Shown piece after piece: positions 13,237 through 25,560 of a DNA stretch of 64,000 nt (the first letter of the stretch is position 1; the number at the start of each line of letters is the position of its first letter). This stretch comes from Eledone cirrhosa (taxonomy: Eukaryota): the NCBI GenBank assembly GCA_964016885.1, contig OZ024764.1, positions 23,560,001 through 23,624,000 of the forward strand, in the 5' to 3' direction. Both the position numbers and the translations under genes were made by a program. The notes below the pieces were generated by a model, which saw only the letters and a list, made by a program, of their open reading frames with translations, was not told the DNA's origin and made no database searches.

Positions 13237-15282
13237 GAGACATAACAAACTGAGGGTTCCCCAAGGGCCACATAGGTCACATGTGTTGTCTGAGGGTTGC
13301 ACACTACAACTAATTATGTACACGACAACTTATTAGTCATTTAATAAAATATATTGCAGAAAGATTTGTTACTTAAATTTAGAAACATACAATGTACATA
13401 CAAATGTTTTAGCAGCATTCATGAATACAAAGTAATGAAGTAGTTTGATAAAAAAACTAAAATTTCACATGTCATCATATACTTGCAGATTGTAACATCA
13501 ACAAATACATTGTACACAAATAACAACAGTTGAAAACTGAACATTTATTTGCTACTATTCAACCATTTTTAGTCTTTTGTCCTGAGGCTTGACACTTCTT
13601 TCTGTTGACAATGTTTGGTATATCTGGCTGAAATGTCTGCACAGTTCCAACTTTAATCAGAAATGACAAGTGTTGATCTTTCAGCCTTGTTCTCTGAGAA
13701 GTTTTTGTTAAGCTAAGTACAGACTCAGTATGGGCAGTGATTTTCAGCTCTTTGCACATAAGAAAATGAATTAAATTTTCATCTGACAACGGAGACTTCC
13801 ATAAGCTAAGTTTTCTAATGAAGAACTTGATGTCATCATACAACTGAGTGATGGGTTTGTTTTTACCTTGTAATTTCAAATTAAGATCAGTTAATTGTGC
13901 AGTAATATCCACAAATAAAGCCAGATGTTGGAGCCAACTATTATCTTTTGTTTCATCTGTGTTTTGACCTTTCATCTCCAAAAACATAATTATTTCAACA
14001 AATAGCATCTTTTCAGCACTTTGTGACATGTCAACCAGCAGACTTCTGTGTAGAATGGAACATCGGTGAACTGATTATCCATATCTTCCAACAACTGGCT
14101 GAACTGACGGTGGTTGAGAGCACGGCCTCTGATTTCGTTCACTATCTTTGTGACCAAGCTAAGCACATGATGCAATTTTAAAATCTTTGAACATAAATTT
14201 TGCTGATGAATAATACAGTGAAAATGTGCAAATGATGAATCTAGATATGAGTTTTCTATTTTTGTTTGTAACTTGGCAGCAACACCATTATGTCTACCAA
14301 CCATATTTGCAGCACTGTCAGTAGATAAACATGCAAGTTTACTCAGATCAAAACCATGCAGACACTGCTTGACCTTCTCAAAGATGTCCTGGCTTGTTAT
14401 AGTGTCATGCATGGGGACCAGTTCAATCAGTTCTTCATAAATATTAAATTCACAGTCACAGGCCCTGATGAAGAATGCAAGCTGTACTATTCCAGTGATG
14501 TCAACAGTCTCTTCAATAGCAATAGAAACATGTTCAAACCTTGATGATACAGCCTTTAACTATTGTTTCAGATCACCTGACATTTCATTAATCTGTTCAG
14601 CAACAGTGTTCCTGGTTAATGAAATGTCTTTGAATAACTCTGCTTTCTCTGGACAATTTCAGCTGTTTTTACAAGACATTACTTTACAAAATCTCCTTCA
14701 CTGTAAGATTTCCCACTCATGGCAATCATTTGACTGAGTTCATAGCTTGCAGTTACGGAAGTGACATCCTCTTCCTGAATTAACATAAAACAGGTCTGTT
14801 GCTGTGTCAAGTTAGACTTCAATTCCTTGAGTCTTGAAACACACATTGGGCCTTCATATTTATCATAAGATTGATGGTTTGTTTCATAATGTCTTTTTAA
14901 ATTGTACTCTTTTGGCGTGGCGATGTAGTTGTTGCAAATTATACAGTGTATCTTTCTGTTCACCATTGGGCAAAAATACTGTAATTCCCACTTTTCTTGA
15001 AACACTTGCCCTTCTTCGTTCAATTTCCTTTTTCTCTTAGCTGGAGGAGCACTAACCATTTCAAAAACAAAATCTTTTGAAATTTTTAAAGAAAGTTTTC
15101 TGTTAATGAGCTGCACGTGATTAATGGAAGTTAAAAGTCGTTGACAAAATTTGCAAAAAAAAAATTATTGTATCGAAAATGTTTTAAATTTTATATTACG
15201 AAAATGAAATATGCTCGCACTGTAAAAACCTTTGTGTGGGCCGCAGGTTTGCTTGCCAAGGGCCGCATGTTTGACATGTCTG
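13237..15282 (-). mobile_element. hAT (Buster/Charlie/SPIN-like, GTF2IRD2-like transposase) DNA transposon, decayed
   Basis: 8-bp TSD ATGTAGGT at 13229-13236 and 15283-15290. Imperfect TIR CAGACATGTCAAAC. ORF pieces include FQEKW..C..C..KEYNLKRHYETNH, TDSAANMVG, HCIIHQQNLC and LNLKLQGK. Confidence 0.92.
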
Positions 15283-15429
15283 ATGTAGGTTACCAACACT
15301 AGGCAGGGCAGCATGTCCATCAGTGTCTTCTGCTACATTAACTACCAGGAGGTCACCACATGAGACAAAGACCAAAGACTACATTTCAAAGAAGGGTCAT
15401 AAAAGAACTAAATACAAAAGTCCTCGCAG

Positions 15430-15848
15430 CAAAAAACAAATAATTGAGCTTTGGGTCTAGGTCAAGGGGCTGAAGTGCTGTACCCTGTGGATAAGACTGC
15501 AAAAGTATTCGCGCCGGACAGTGACACCCACTGCAATAGCCACCCCAACCCCATGGGACTCCCTCTTCAGAAGGGCCACCAACGTTCTGATCTTACAGAG
15601 GAGCTTGGCAGTACAGGGTCCAAGTACTTCTGAGGTCTCGATGGTGACCGGTGTGAAGAGACCTACAATTGATGTCATCCCAGTTATGTTGGACTGTAAT
15701 ATACTGGGGTATAGAGAGGCCTTAACCTGTCTCAGCCGAGCCACCCAGGGTTGTGTCATCTAGGTACTAGACAGGGGTGACTAGACCATGTTGTCAACTG
15801 TCAGCACCAATAGGAGTGAGGCGAGTGGGTCCCCTTGCTAGACACCAT
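15430..15848 (-). mobile_element. Internally deleted fragment of a CRE-like RLE non-LTR retrotransposon
   Basis: Minus strand has a QGDPL-like RT remnant next to FTPVTIETSEVLGP (RLE C-terminus). Duplicated at about 30700-31110. Confidence 0.5.
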
Positions 15849-16090
15849 ATATAAAACGTATTTGCTAATTACTTTAATGAATAATTTGTTTCATACGTAA
15901 TTATTACTTTTAACACAATAGGATTTTGTACACGTGTTTGTTTGAAAACATCTTTCAAAGAAGTATGAGACAGTCTTTTGTCGTGTTTATTATAATAAAT
16001 TACTGTATGTTGAGCTGTTTTAACTTCTCCACCTTCTATTATTTCATATTGTTTTTGTAAAAAAACGAGATCTTTTTCATATATATATAT

Positions 16091-16300
16091 GAAGGCGTGT
16101 GGCTGAGTGGTTAGAGAATTGGATTCGGAATTGTGAGTTCGATTCTCAGACTGGGCGGTGCGTTATGTCCTTGAGCAAGACATTTTATTTCACGTTGCTC
16201 CTTCTACCTGGAGTTGCGACCGATAGATAGTATTAGCAATTGGAAAGACCAATGGAAACATTGTTTCCTCGGTCCGATTTGACGAAAAGTTGATCATAAA
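16091..16300 (+). mobile_element. tRNA-derived SINE (CORE-like body)
   Basis: A box TGGCTGAGTGG (16100), B box GAGTTCGATTC, TCCTTGAGCAAGACA body. Inserted in (TA)n. Confidence 0.8.
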
Positions 16301-17084
16301 AAATATATATATATAGAGAGAGAGAGAGAGAAAAACACACAAACATACACTACTGTATTACATATGTAAGGGGAGATAACTCTCGTTACATCCACCCTTC
16401 TTTTTGATATACGTACTTTAACTACTTTGTTCAATGGAATCTGCTTTATTTTGTCCTAAGTAGATTTCTGTTTAAGTATTTACGAGATTCACAATGATTC
16501 ACGTAACCAAGTTACTTACATAGAGATATATTTCACATAGAATCACAACAAATGAAAATATTAAGTCAACACTCTGTCAATCAGTCTCACATCACATGGG
16601 GTGCTGGAGTCTCCTTCTAATACTTTCTGCGACAGTCTTACCTCGAGTGATAGCAAGGCTAAGATGTTGGAACTACCAAACACCCTCATATGTATCACCT
16701 GAACACCTCGGTAAGGAGAGCTGCCAACGATAACAAGAACCTCGTTGTCAGGGACCTATCTCTTCCAAACTTCTCCAACACCACAGACTAGAATATTCTA
16801 CTCTTTATTCCGTATCAAATATATTTCAGTCTAGTCATTTGTCTTGTATCTTGTATATGTATTTTGAAAACTAACTGTCACATTTGTGAGACCCCAGTTA
16901 GTGATGTTTTCGTCTCCCTCCCACATCCTACATGCTGTAGTAAAAGTGAGGGTCACTGCTTCTGTAGACGAACGAAATAAAAGTTAAACTACCAGTAATT
17001 ATCGGCAAAGTATTTATTCCAGTCTGTGATGTTTGAGAAGCTGGGCTGCTGACAACGAAGTTGTGGTCACTGTTGGCGGCTGGC

Positions 17085-17342
17085 TTTACCGAAGTACCCG
17101 ATGACTCTTGTGAGGGTACTTAGCTGTTCTGGCGGTTTAGCCTCCATGACATGATTTTACTGAGATACCCGGTGATCTCTGTCAGGGTACTTAGCTGTTC
17201 TGGCGGTTTAGCCTCCATATGACCCGATCTTACCGAGATACCCGGTGATCTCTGTCAGGGTACTTAGCTGTTCTGGCAACTTAGCCCCCATATGACCCGA
17301 TTTACCGAAGTACCCGGTCATCTCTGTAATAGTACTTAGCTG
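17085..17342 (+). repeat. 70-73-bp minisatellite upstream of the promoter, about 3.5 units
   Basis: TTACCGAGATACCCGGTGATCTCTGTCAGGGTACTTAGCTG unit. About 4.5 units at 33662-33993 and about 1.5 at 53635-53750. Confidence 0.85.
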
Positions 17343-17994
17343 GGCATAGGTTAAGTTTTACGTCCTCGAAAATGAAACTAGGTTTTCTGACAAGTGAATG
17401 TGTTTTTTTTTTTTTTCCAATGAAATTTACGATACACTCTTTGTTTACTTACAACAGGTCTCTATAGTGATATGGTGTTAATTAGTATTGCGTGTGTGAT
17501 TATTTTCTCTTATATATATGTGTGTGGGTGTGTATATGTGTGTATATATATGTGCCTGTATGTATATATATATATGTGTGTTTGTATATATATATGTGTT
17601 TGTGTCATCATCATCGTTTACATGTTTTTACCCAAATCCCTTATCATTCTCTGTCCTTCCTATGACCCGGCCTTAATTTGTTTATAGTTGGTGCCAACTT
17701 TGGCAAGATATTACAAAAACATCTAAACGATGATGATGACACAAACACATATATATATACAAACACACATATATATATATATATATACATACAGACACAC
17801 ATATACACACCCACACATATATATATAAGAAATAATAATCACACACGCAATACTAATTAACACCATATCACTATAGAGACCTGTTGTAAATAAACAAAGA
17901 GTGTATCGTAAATTTCATTGTAAAAAAAAAAAAACACATTCACTTGTCAGAAAACCTAGTTTCATTTTCGAGGACGTAAAACTTAACCTATGCC
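17343..17994. mobile_element. Fold-back MITE (652 bp, ~285-bp inverted arms, 8-bp TSD; Merlin- or Mutator-like)
   Basis: CTTAGCTG|GGCATAGG...CCTATGCC|CTTAGCTG. Single CTTAGCTG empty sites at about 33986 and 53741. Confidence 0.9.
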
Positions 17995-18080
17995 CTTAGC
18001 TGTTCTATTTTAATTACATTTACTGATTTCAACTTTCATTTTTTATTACAAACTTTACATAATTTAATTCCGTAAAAATA

Positions 18081-18215
18081 TTTTACGTCACAAAAAAATC
18101 ATGAAGCATGCGCAGTGGTGCAGTTGTCGACTTCCTGTCCACGTGTCAGTCTTCCTACAACATCATTTAGACAACATTTCTGTAAATACTAAACACCTGA
18201 GACTATAATGTAAGT
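18081..18215 (+). promoter_or_regulatory. Putative promoter, non-coding exon 1 and donor of ZNF copy 2
   Basis: TTACGTCA (CRE-like), GCATGCGCA 18106 (NRF1), ACTTCCTG 18130 (ETS), CACGTG 18140 (E-box), GTAAGT 18210. Confidence 0.65.
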
Positions 18216-18742
18216 ATTATGTCTATTAATATTGTAGATTTAAGCTCACTTTTCACATCACAAATATATATTTTCTTGTTTGTTTCATTACTGGAAATAT
18301 AAAATGTTATCGTAATTATCTATATTTTACCTACCTCTAATTAATTAAAGTGAAAACTTTTGTTGTTGCTGAAAAATAAATTAACAAAACTAAATATTTA
18401 AATATTCTAAAGGTCGTTTTTATATTATGTGATGATATAATTAATATATTTTATTACAATTGTATAAATTTACAGTAGAATAACGTTGTAAATATGTTTT
18501 AAATATATACATAAATAACGTGTGTAAATAACATTATAAATTGCTGGCAATTCCTTGAGAAAGACATTACAAATATATTGTCTAAACTGTGTATAATAAT
18601 ATAATTTATTGAACAATAATGATAAAGGAAAGAAAAACACAGAGGGAGATGGCAATTGACCACCAAGTGTGATAATAGGCCACACCTCACACCTTAGGGG
18701 TTAACTACACACTTTGAGGCAAGCCAACACACTGGCAGCATT

Positions 18743-19083
18743 ACTAAGGTGTTGAAATAACCAGGTACCCTCACGGGTATCACCTGGTGCCTCGGTAAGG
18801 CGAGGCTAAGGTGCTGAAATAACCAGGTACCCTCACGGGTATCACCTGACACCTCGGTAAGGTGAGGCTAAGATGCTGAAATAACCAGGTACCCTCACGG
18901 GTATCACCTGACACCTTGGTAAGGTGAGGCTAAGGTGCTGAAATAACCAGGTACCCTCACGGTATCACCTGACACCTCGGTAAGGTGAGGCTAAGGGGCT
19001 GAAATAACCAGGTACCCTCACAGGTATCACCTGACACCTTGGTAAGGTGAGGCTAAGGTGCTGAAATAACCAGGTACCCTCAC
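18743..19083 (+). repeat. 62-bp minisatellite, about 5.5 units
   Basis: GAAATAACC at 18754, 18816, 18878, 18940, 19001 and 19063. Confidence 0.92.
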
Positions 19084-19440
19084 GGAAATGACTAGATTTG
19101 TAGAAAAAGTAGGGTGAAAGTATACGAAGAGATGTAGTTTCACAGATCTACTCACACCTCACGTTGGGTGGGAAATAATTATTTTTCTTAGATTTTTTTC
19201 TAGACCCCTTTTCAATATTTTCTCTGAACCCCTTAGATACTTGCAATAGACGTTTTATTCCCCAGTATTAGGGTTAGGGTTTCCGTTTTCAGGAAGAAAT
19301 GTCGATTGCAAAGATCTAAGAGCTCGAGAAAAATAATAAGGAAAGATAATTATTTCCCAGCCAACTGGAGAAGTGTGTAGCTCTTCTAAGCTCTGATAAT
19401 CCTGTCTCCCACTTCTTTATCTACAAATCTAGTCGTTTCC
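19084..19440. mobile_element. MITE-like element with TIR GGAAAYGACTAGATTTGTAGA and internal TTAGGGTTAGGG
   Basis: Terminal and internal inverted repeats. Also at 34959-35314, partial at 2531-2756. No TSD seen. Confidence 0.65.
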
Positions 19441-19521
19441 TGCTACTTTGAAGGCCCTATTTATTGATAACACCACTCGTAAATCTTTGTCAACTTTTCA
19501 TACGTAAATTGTGAATCAGTT

Positions 19522-22500
19522 ATGACAAATTCACCTCGTGGACGAGAATTCGAGCACTCCTCTTTGTTTCGACCGCGGACGGCTAACATAACCCCATCCC
19601 CGCCGTCCCCCACTGCCCGCACCCTCCAAACGCAATCCAAAACTTCAGAGTTGGTACCATAAATGTAGGCACCTTAAAGGGTCGCGCTAACGAGGTTGTA
19701 GAAATGCTTGAACGTAAGGAGGTCGATGTTTGTTGTAATCAAGAGACCAGGTGGAGGGGTGGGTCTGCTAGATTCATCGTGGGTAAAGAACGATGCTATA
19801 AGCTTTTCTGGGTGGGAAACGACGATGGGCTGGGTGGAGTAGGAATCATGGTAGCAGAAAAGTGGGCAGATAAGATAATAGACGTAAATAGAGTGAACGA
19901 CAGAATAATTAAAATAAGACTTGTCCTCAATAGAACTACGGTGACAGTAATATCTGCGTACGCGCCCAAATCCGGACTGCCTGGCGCTATAAAAGACAGA
20001 TTCTATGAGACACTGATGCTCACTACCTCCCAAATAACCGACAGTGACTATATAATTATTGCAGGCGACCTAAATGGTCACGTTGGACAACATTGTGACG
20101 GCTACGACGAAGTCCATGGAGGCTATGGGTTTGGTACCAGAAATGAGGAAGGCTCCAGAATCCTGGAATTCTGTGACGCAAATAACCTAACTATCTGTAA
20201 CACTAACTTCAAATAACGTGACAATCACCTGATCACCTATAGATCCGGGGAACACACAAGCCAGGTAGATTATATCCTTACCAGAAGACGTGACAAGAGT
20301 GTCTGTTGTAAACACTAAATCCCTCCCCCATGAAGAATGCACCTCCCAACATAGACTGATAATTAGCGACCTCATAGTCAGGACGAGACGTACTCGACAG
20401 CAGAAGAGGACTATCCTCAGGAGAAAAATATGGAAGCTAAAGGACCCCACAGCCAGAAATAAATTTCAAAGCATATTACTTGATGTTTTCGACAGTAAGG
20501 AAGAGCAATTAGAGTCGTACAAGGTAGAGGAACAGTGTACTTTGCAAGAAGGGAAGCAGAGGAAAGAAAGTTCAAGCATGTTCTACAACGCGAGGACCAA
20601 AAACGTGAGGTGTTCAGGATTGCTAGGCAATGTGTCAAGGAAAACCGTGATATTGGTCGGGGAGAAGTGTGTACTTAATGATGACGGCGTACTTGCCATC
20701 ACCGACGCTGATAAGAAGGTAGCTTGGCAGTGTCACTATGAAAGGCTACTAAATGAGGAGAATAAATGAGAGAAAGACAGTCTCCCCCATATCGACCCAA
20801 TAGAGGGACCAGCAGTGTTAGTCGAGGGTAGTATAATAAGTAAGGCCATCAAGGATATGAAGACGGGTAAGGCGGCTGGGCCTTCGGAAATAGTTACTGA
20901 GATGCTGAAGGCATCTGGCACGGTGGGACACACCATGGTCACCCGGATAGTTAACCAAGTCGTACAGAATGGGGTTGTTCCGAAGGACTGGCATAGCAGC
21001 ATCATCGTTAACTGTTATAAGGGTAAAGGAGATGCCCTAGATAGGAGTAACTATAGAGGCATTAAATTAATCGACCAGGTCATGAAGGTCACGGAAAAAG
21101 TAATAGCGCAACTAATCAGAGAGAGAATTGACCTAGATGAAATGCAGTTCGGGTTTGTGTCAGGCAAAAGTACCACAGACGCTCTTTTCATTGTACGTCA
21201 ACTACAGGAGAAGTACCTAGCTAAAGGTAAACCCCTCTACTTAGCTTTTGTCGACTTGGAGAAAGCCTTCGACAGAGTCCCCCGTTCCATTATCTGGTGG
21301 GCCCTTAGAAAACTAGGTGTCGACGAATGGCTTGTGAGAGCTATACAAGCCATGTATAAAGAAACAGCCAGCAAGGTTAGAATTAACGAATATAGTGAAG
21401 AGTTTAGCGTAAAAGTTGGCGTCCATCAGGGCTCTGTTCTCAGCCCCCTACTATTTATTATTGCCCTTCAGGCTATAACAGAGGAGCTCAAGACCGGCTG
21501 CCCATGGGAACTCCTATACGCAGACGACCTGACACTCATAGCTGAATCAATGGCCGAGCTAGAGAAGAAATTCCAAACATGGAAGCACGGCCTAGAATCA
21601 AAAGGCCTTAAAATTAACCTGGCTAAGACTAAAGTTCTAGTTTGTAGGAAAGAAAATAAGGCGGCGGTCCCTTCCGGGAAATGGCCATGCTCAGTGTGTA
21701 GGAAAGGCGTAGGTAGAAACTCCATTTTATGTCCCAAATGCAAAGTATGGGTGCATAAAAGATGTAGTGGGATCACAGGTAAGCTAACTAAGAACATAGA
21801 TTTTACATGTGGGCGGTGCTCTGGTGCAATAAGTAGCAGCGAGTGCCCACAAAATACTAGCTCTTACAACTGCGCAGAGGGCTCTATAGAAATAGTGGAC
21901 AGCTTCCGTTTCCTGGGTGACAAAATCAGCAGTGGGGGAGGGTACTCTGAAAGTACAGTAGCTAGAGTCAGAACTGGATGGAAAAAGTTCAGAGAGCTTA
22001 TACCACTATTAGCCGCTAAAGGGTTCTCCCTAAAAATGAAAGGCAGGTTGTATGATGCCTGCATACGAACAGCAATGTTGCATGGCAGTGAGACCTGGGC
22101 ATTGTGTGCAGAGGATATACGCAGACTAGAGAGGAACGAAGCTTGCATGCTCCGCTGGATGTGTAATAGTAATATACGTGAACGGCAAAGCATAAACGAA
22201 CTAAGGAAAAAATTAGAAATAAGAGGGATCAGATGTTGTTTACTCGAGAGAAGGCTACGTTGGTATGGACACGTGATGCGCATGAAAGTCGATAGCTGTA
22301 TAACAAAGTGCAGGGCAATAAAGATAGACGGTAGCCACGGAATAGGCAGACCTAGAAAATCCTGGGACAAGCTGATAAACTCCGACCTCACACACTTACA
22401 CCTCTCCAAGACAATGTCACTGGACCGAGACCTTTGGCGGTACTCAGTAATAAAGAAGACCCGCCTTGCCTAAATACATAGTAAAACCTACTACAGCGAG

Positions 22501-22856
22501 TAGGCATCTCTAACAAAATACACACCCGTCCCCCCCACCCCATCCACACCACCCCCTCCTATGTAAAGTTATGTTGGTGCCACACCATCCAGGCCGAAAC
22601 AAATGAGATCGTGTATGTGTCACGACAAAAAAACACACAGTCCACGCTGTAATGTGGCCGTGTAGGTAACACAGTAAAAACCTCCCAGTTCCATACTGTA
22701 AATGTGGTTGGTGTTAGGAAGGGTATCCAACTGTAGAAAACCCGCCAGACAGTCCTATGCGAGCAAGACAATCACTCTTGCCTCAAGTGGGTATACCCCC
22801 GTCCAAACCCATGCAAGCGTGGAACACGGACGTTAAACGTTGATGATGATGATGAT
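19522..22856 (+). mobile_element. Near full-length RTE LINE (family B), APE + RT + PHD, disrupted
   Basis: FRVGTINVGTL..QETRW and GDLNGHVG (APE), ORF 20815-22473 (RT, PHD), (GAT)n tail 22841-22856. Stops and an internal deletion near 20530. Confidence 0.93.
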
Positions 22857-22879
22857 AATGGGAGTGTCTCTCACAGACG

Positions 22880-23172
22880 CACACACACAAGTCTCTTGTT
22901 ATAATTTTAAAATTTTTCGTTCAACAACACCACCAGCTTTCTTACTCTATCTCTCTCTCTCTCTCTCCCTCTCTCTCTCTCTCTCTTTATGAAGGTACCT
23001 GAAAAACCCCATATCTCGGGAACCTGTGCTCTGATTTACATGAAACTTATTTTATCCCATCTGTATTCCCATTTCAGTGTCAACTTCCTTTCAAACTATT
23101 TCCCCATTATGCCCCGTTTTGGCTGTATTACATTACAGACAAGACACAATCACAGAATTTTAGGTTTATAAT
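22880..23172 (-). mobile_element. Intronic Helitron remnant (3' part lost at the RTE junction)
   Basis: Homologous to 3351-3625. Confidence 0.6.
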
Positions 23173-23447
23173 GTATCATCATAGAGTAATACAGTTATTA
23201 CAAGTTTCTGAGTATCTTATAATGTTCTTTTATTATTTCAGAATACCAGAGGACATTGGCATTAAAGAGCACGTTACATCAGACATATCCTCAACATTAA
23301 CCATTTCTAATGAAAGACACTAACCATCATTTTCAAATAATTTTGAAAACACTCAACACTTTGAAGTGATTTAGTAATATAACTAAATTTCTCAGTATTA
23401 AGCTGTGAATTATGTGAGAAACTGATTGATATCTTTTAGTAGGAGAT

Positions 23448-24647
23448 ATGTCGAAAAATATAGTAAAATCAACATTCCACTGTGATATCTGTGGTAAATC
23501 ATTCTCTCGTAGTGATAACCTAACTACTCACAAACGTATTCATACAGAAGAGAAGCCATATCAGTGTGATATCTGTGACAAATCATTCAGTCACAGTAGT
23601 AACGTCAGAGTTCACAAACGTATTCATACAGGAGAGAAGCCATATCACTGTGATATCTGTGGTAAATCATTCAGTCGCAGTAATACCTTAACTACTCACA
23701 AACGTATTCATACAGGAGAGAAGCCTTATAAGTGTGATATCTGTGGTAAATCATTCAGTTACAATACTAGCGTCAGAGTTCACAAACAAATTCATACAGG
23801 AGAGAAGCCATATCGCTGTGACATCTGTAGTAAATCATTCTCTGACAGAAGTAGCTTCCTTAAACATCAACGTATTCATACAGGAGAGAAACCATATCAG
23901 TGTGATATCTGTGACAAATCATTCAGTCACAGTAGTAGCGTCAGAGTTCACAAACGTATTCATACAGGAGAGAAGACATATCACTGTGACATCTGTGGTA
24001 AATCATTCAGTCAGAGTAATACCTTAACTACTCACAAACGTATTCATACAGGAGAGAAACCATATCACTGTGATATCTGTGATAAATCATTCTCTCGTAG
24101 TAATAACCTAACTACTCACAAACGTATTCATACAGGAGAGAAACCATATCACTGTGATATCTGTGGTAAAACGTTCTCTAAAAACAATAACCTAACTACT
24201 CACAAACGTATTCATACAGGAGAGAACCCATATCATTGTGATATCTGTGGTAAATCATTCACTTGTAGTCAGCACCTAACTACTCACAAACGTATTCACA
24301 CAGGAGAGAAGCCATATCAATGTGATATCTGTGATAAATCATTCAGTGACAGTAGTAGCTTCAGAGTTCACAAACAAATTCATACAGGAGAGAAGCCACA
24401 TCACTGTGACATCTGTGGTAAATCATTCAGTCACAGAAATACCTTAATTACCCACAAACGTATTCATACAGGAGAGATACCATATCACTGTGATATCTGT
24501 GGTAATTCATTCTCTCAGAGTAATCACCTAACTACTCACAAACGTATTCATACAGGGGAGAAGCGTTATCACTGTGACATCTGTGGTAAATCATTCTCTC
24601 CCCGTAGTAACTTAACCAAGCATGTGCGTATTCATACAGAAGTTTAG
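23448..24647 (+). CDS. Poly-C2H2 zinc-finger protein copy 2, 399 aa, 14 fingers, no effector domain
   Basis: Intact ORF with 14 CxxC..F..L..HxxxH repeats and TGEKPY linkers. Ends HTEV*. Confidence 0.93.
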   Translation: MSKNIVKSTFHCDICGKSFSRSDNLTTHKRIHTEEKPYQCDICDKSFSHSSNVRVHKRIHTGEKPYHCDICGKSFSRSNTLTTHKRIHTGEKPYKCDICGKSFSYNTSVRVHKQIHTGEKPYRCDICSKSFSDRSSFLKHQRIHTGEKPYQCDICDKSFSHSSSVRVHKRIHTGEKTYHCDICGKSFSQSNTLTTHKRIHTGEKPYHCDICDKSFSRSNNLTTHKRIHTGEKPYHCDICGKTFSKNNNLTTHKRIHTGENPYHCDICGKSFTCSQHLTTHKRIHTGEKPYQCDICDKSFSDSSSFRVHKQIHTGEKPHHCDICGKSFSHRNTLITHKRIHTGEIPYHCDICGNSFSQSNHLTTHKRIHTGEKRYHCDICGKSFSPRSNLTKHVRIHTEV

Positions 24648-25560
24648 CTGTGTCAATATCAACTCATTACATCATACTACTACAACAAATGTGTAGATCC
24701 ATCATCCTTGCTAAAACTGGGGATAACCTTGTAGGTTTTACCTAGGACAGGGATCATAAACACCAGGTTTCCATTTTTGAAGTAGTGTTTGAAGATTTTG
24801 TGTAAATTAAAGTTTTTCACATTAAACTTTCATTTATTAAACTTTAACAGGTAAGATATATATTTGTATTTTTAGTAAAAGTTGGGAACTTCTGTAATTT
24901 GAACCTTCCAATAAAATGAAAACTTTTGTTGTTGTTAGTCAGACATTGTCTCAAATATCACAGATTAAACAGATTTTAACAATAACAACAGAAATCAATA
25001 ACTTGTAAGCCTAATATCTAGCTTCCATTTTAACTATTTGATATTGTTGTTCCCCTCCTGTCTCTTCAGGTCTTTTAGATTTCAACTTCTATCTACTGTA
25101 CTATTCCATCACCAAGGCAACATTCATCTGGCTGGCAGCTTACATCAACTACAGATCTCCAACCCTTCTTTCTCCAGATAGTCTTGTATCTGTCAGTCCC
25201 TCTATATCTTATATTTAACAGGGAGATCTTTTACTCTCCAACCCTTCTATCTCCAGATAGTCTTGTATCTGTCAGTCCCTCTAGATCTTACACCTAGTAT
25301 CTAGTCTATGTTGAGTGGTACGTCGTTCTCCAGTAAATCTGTCTATCCTGTTTTCTGATGAGAATGAAGTCAATCTAGTTTATCTCTTCACCTGATTGAA
25401 GTAACTAGATCAAGTAACTAGATGCTTTCCTGTAAGTTAGTGTTGCAGTGTTTGTGTCACCATGTAAGGTTTATATCTATTAATATAGAGATGTAGTAAA
25501 GTTTTCACTGTTGTATCTCTATTTTCTAAATATCTTAATAATGTTTCTCTACTATTTCAG

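Noticed and set aside
13559-15116. Domesticated GTF2IRD2/ZBED-type or TIGD-type host genes (also 50207-51739)
   Set aside because: TIRs and target-site remnants plus frameshifts and stops show these are decayed transposons.
16091-16170. tRNA gene
   Set aside because: A and B boxes are present but no cloverleaf was found, and the sequence continues into a SINE body.
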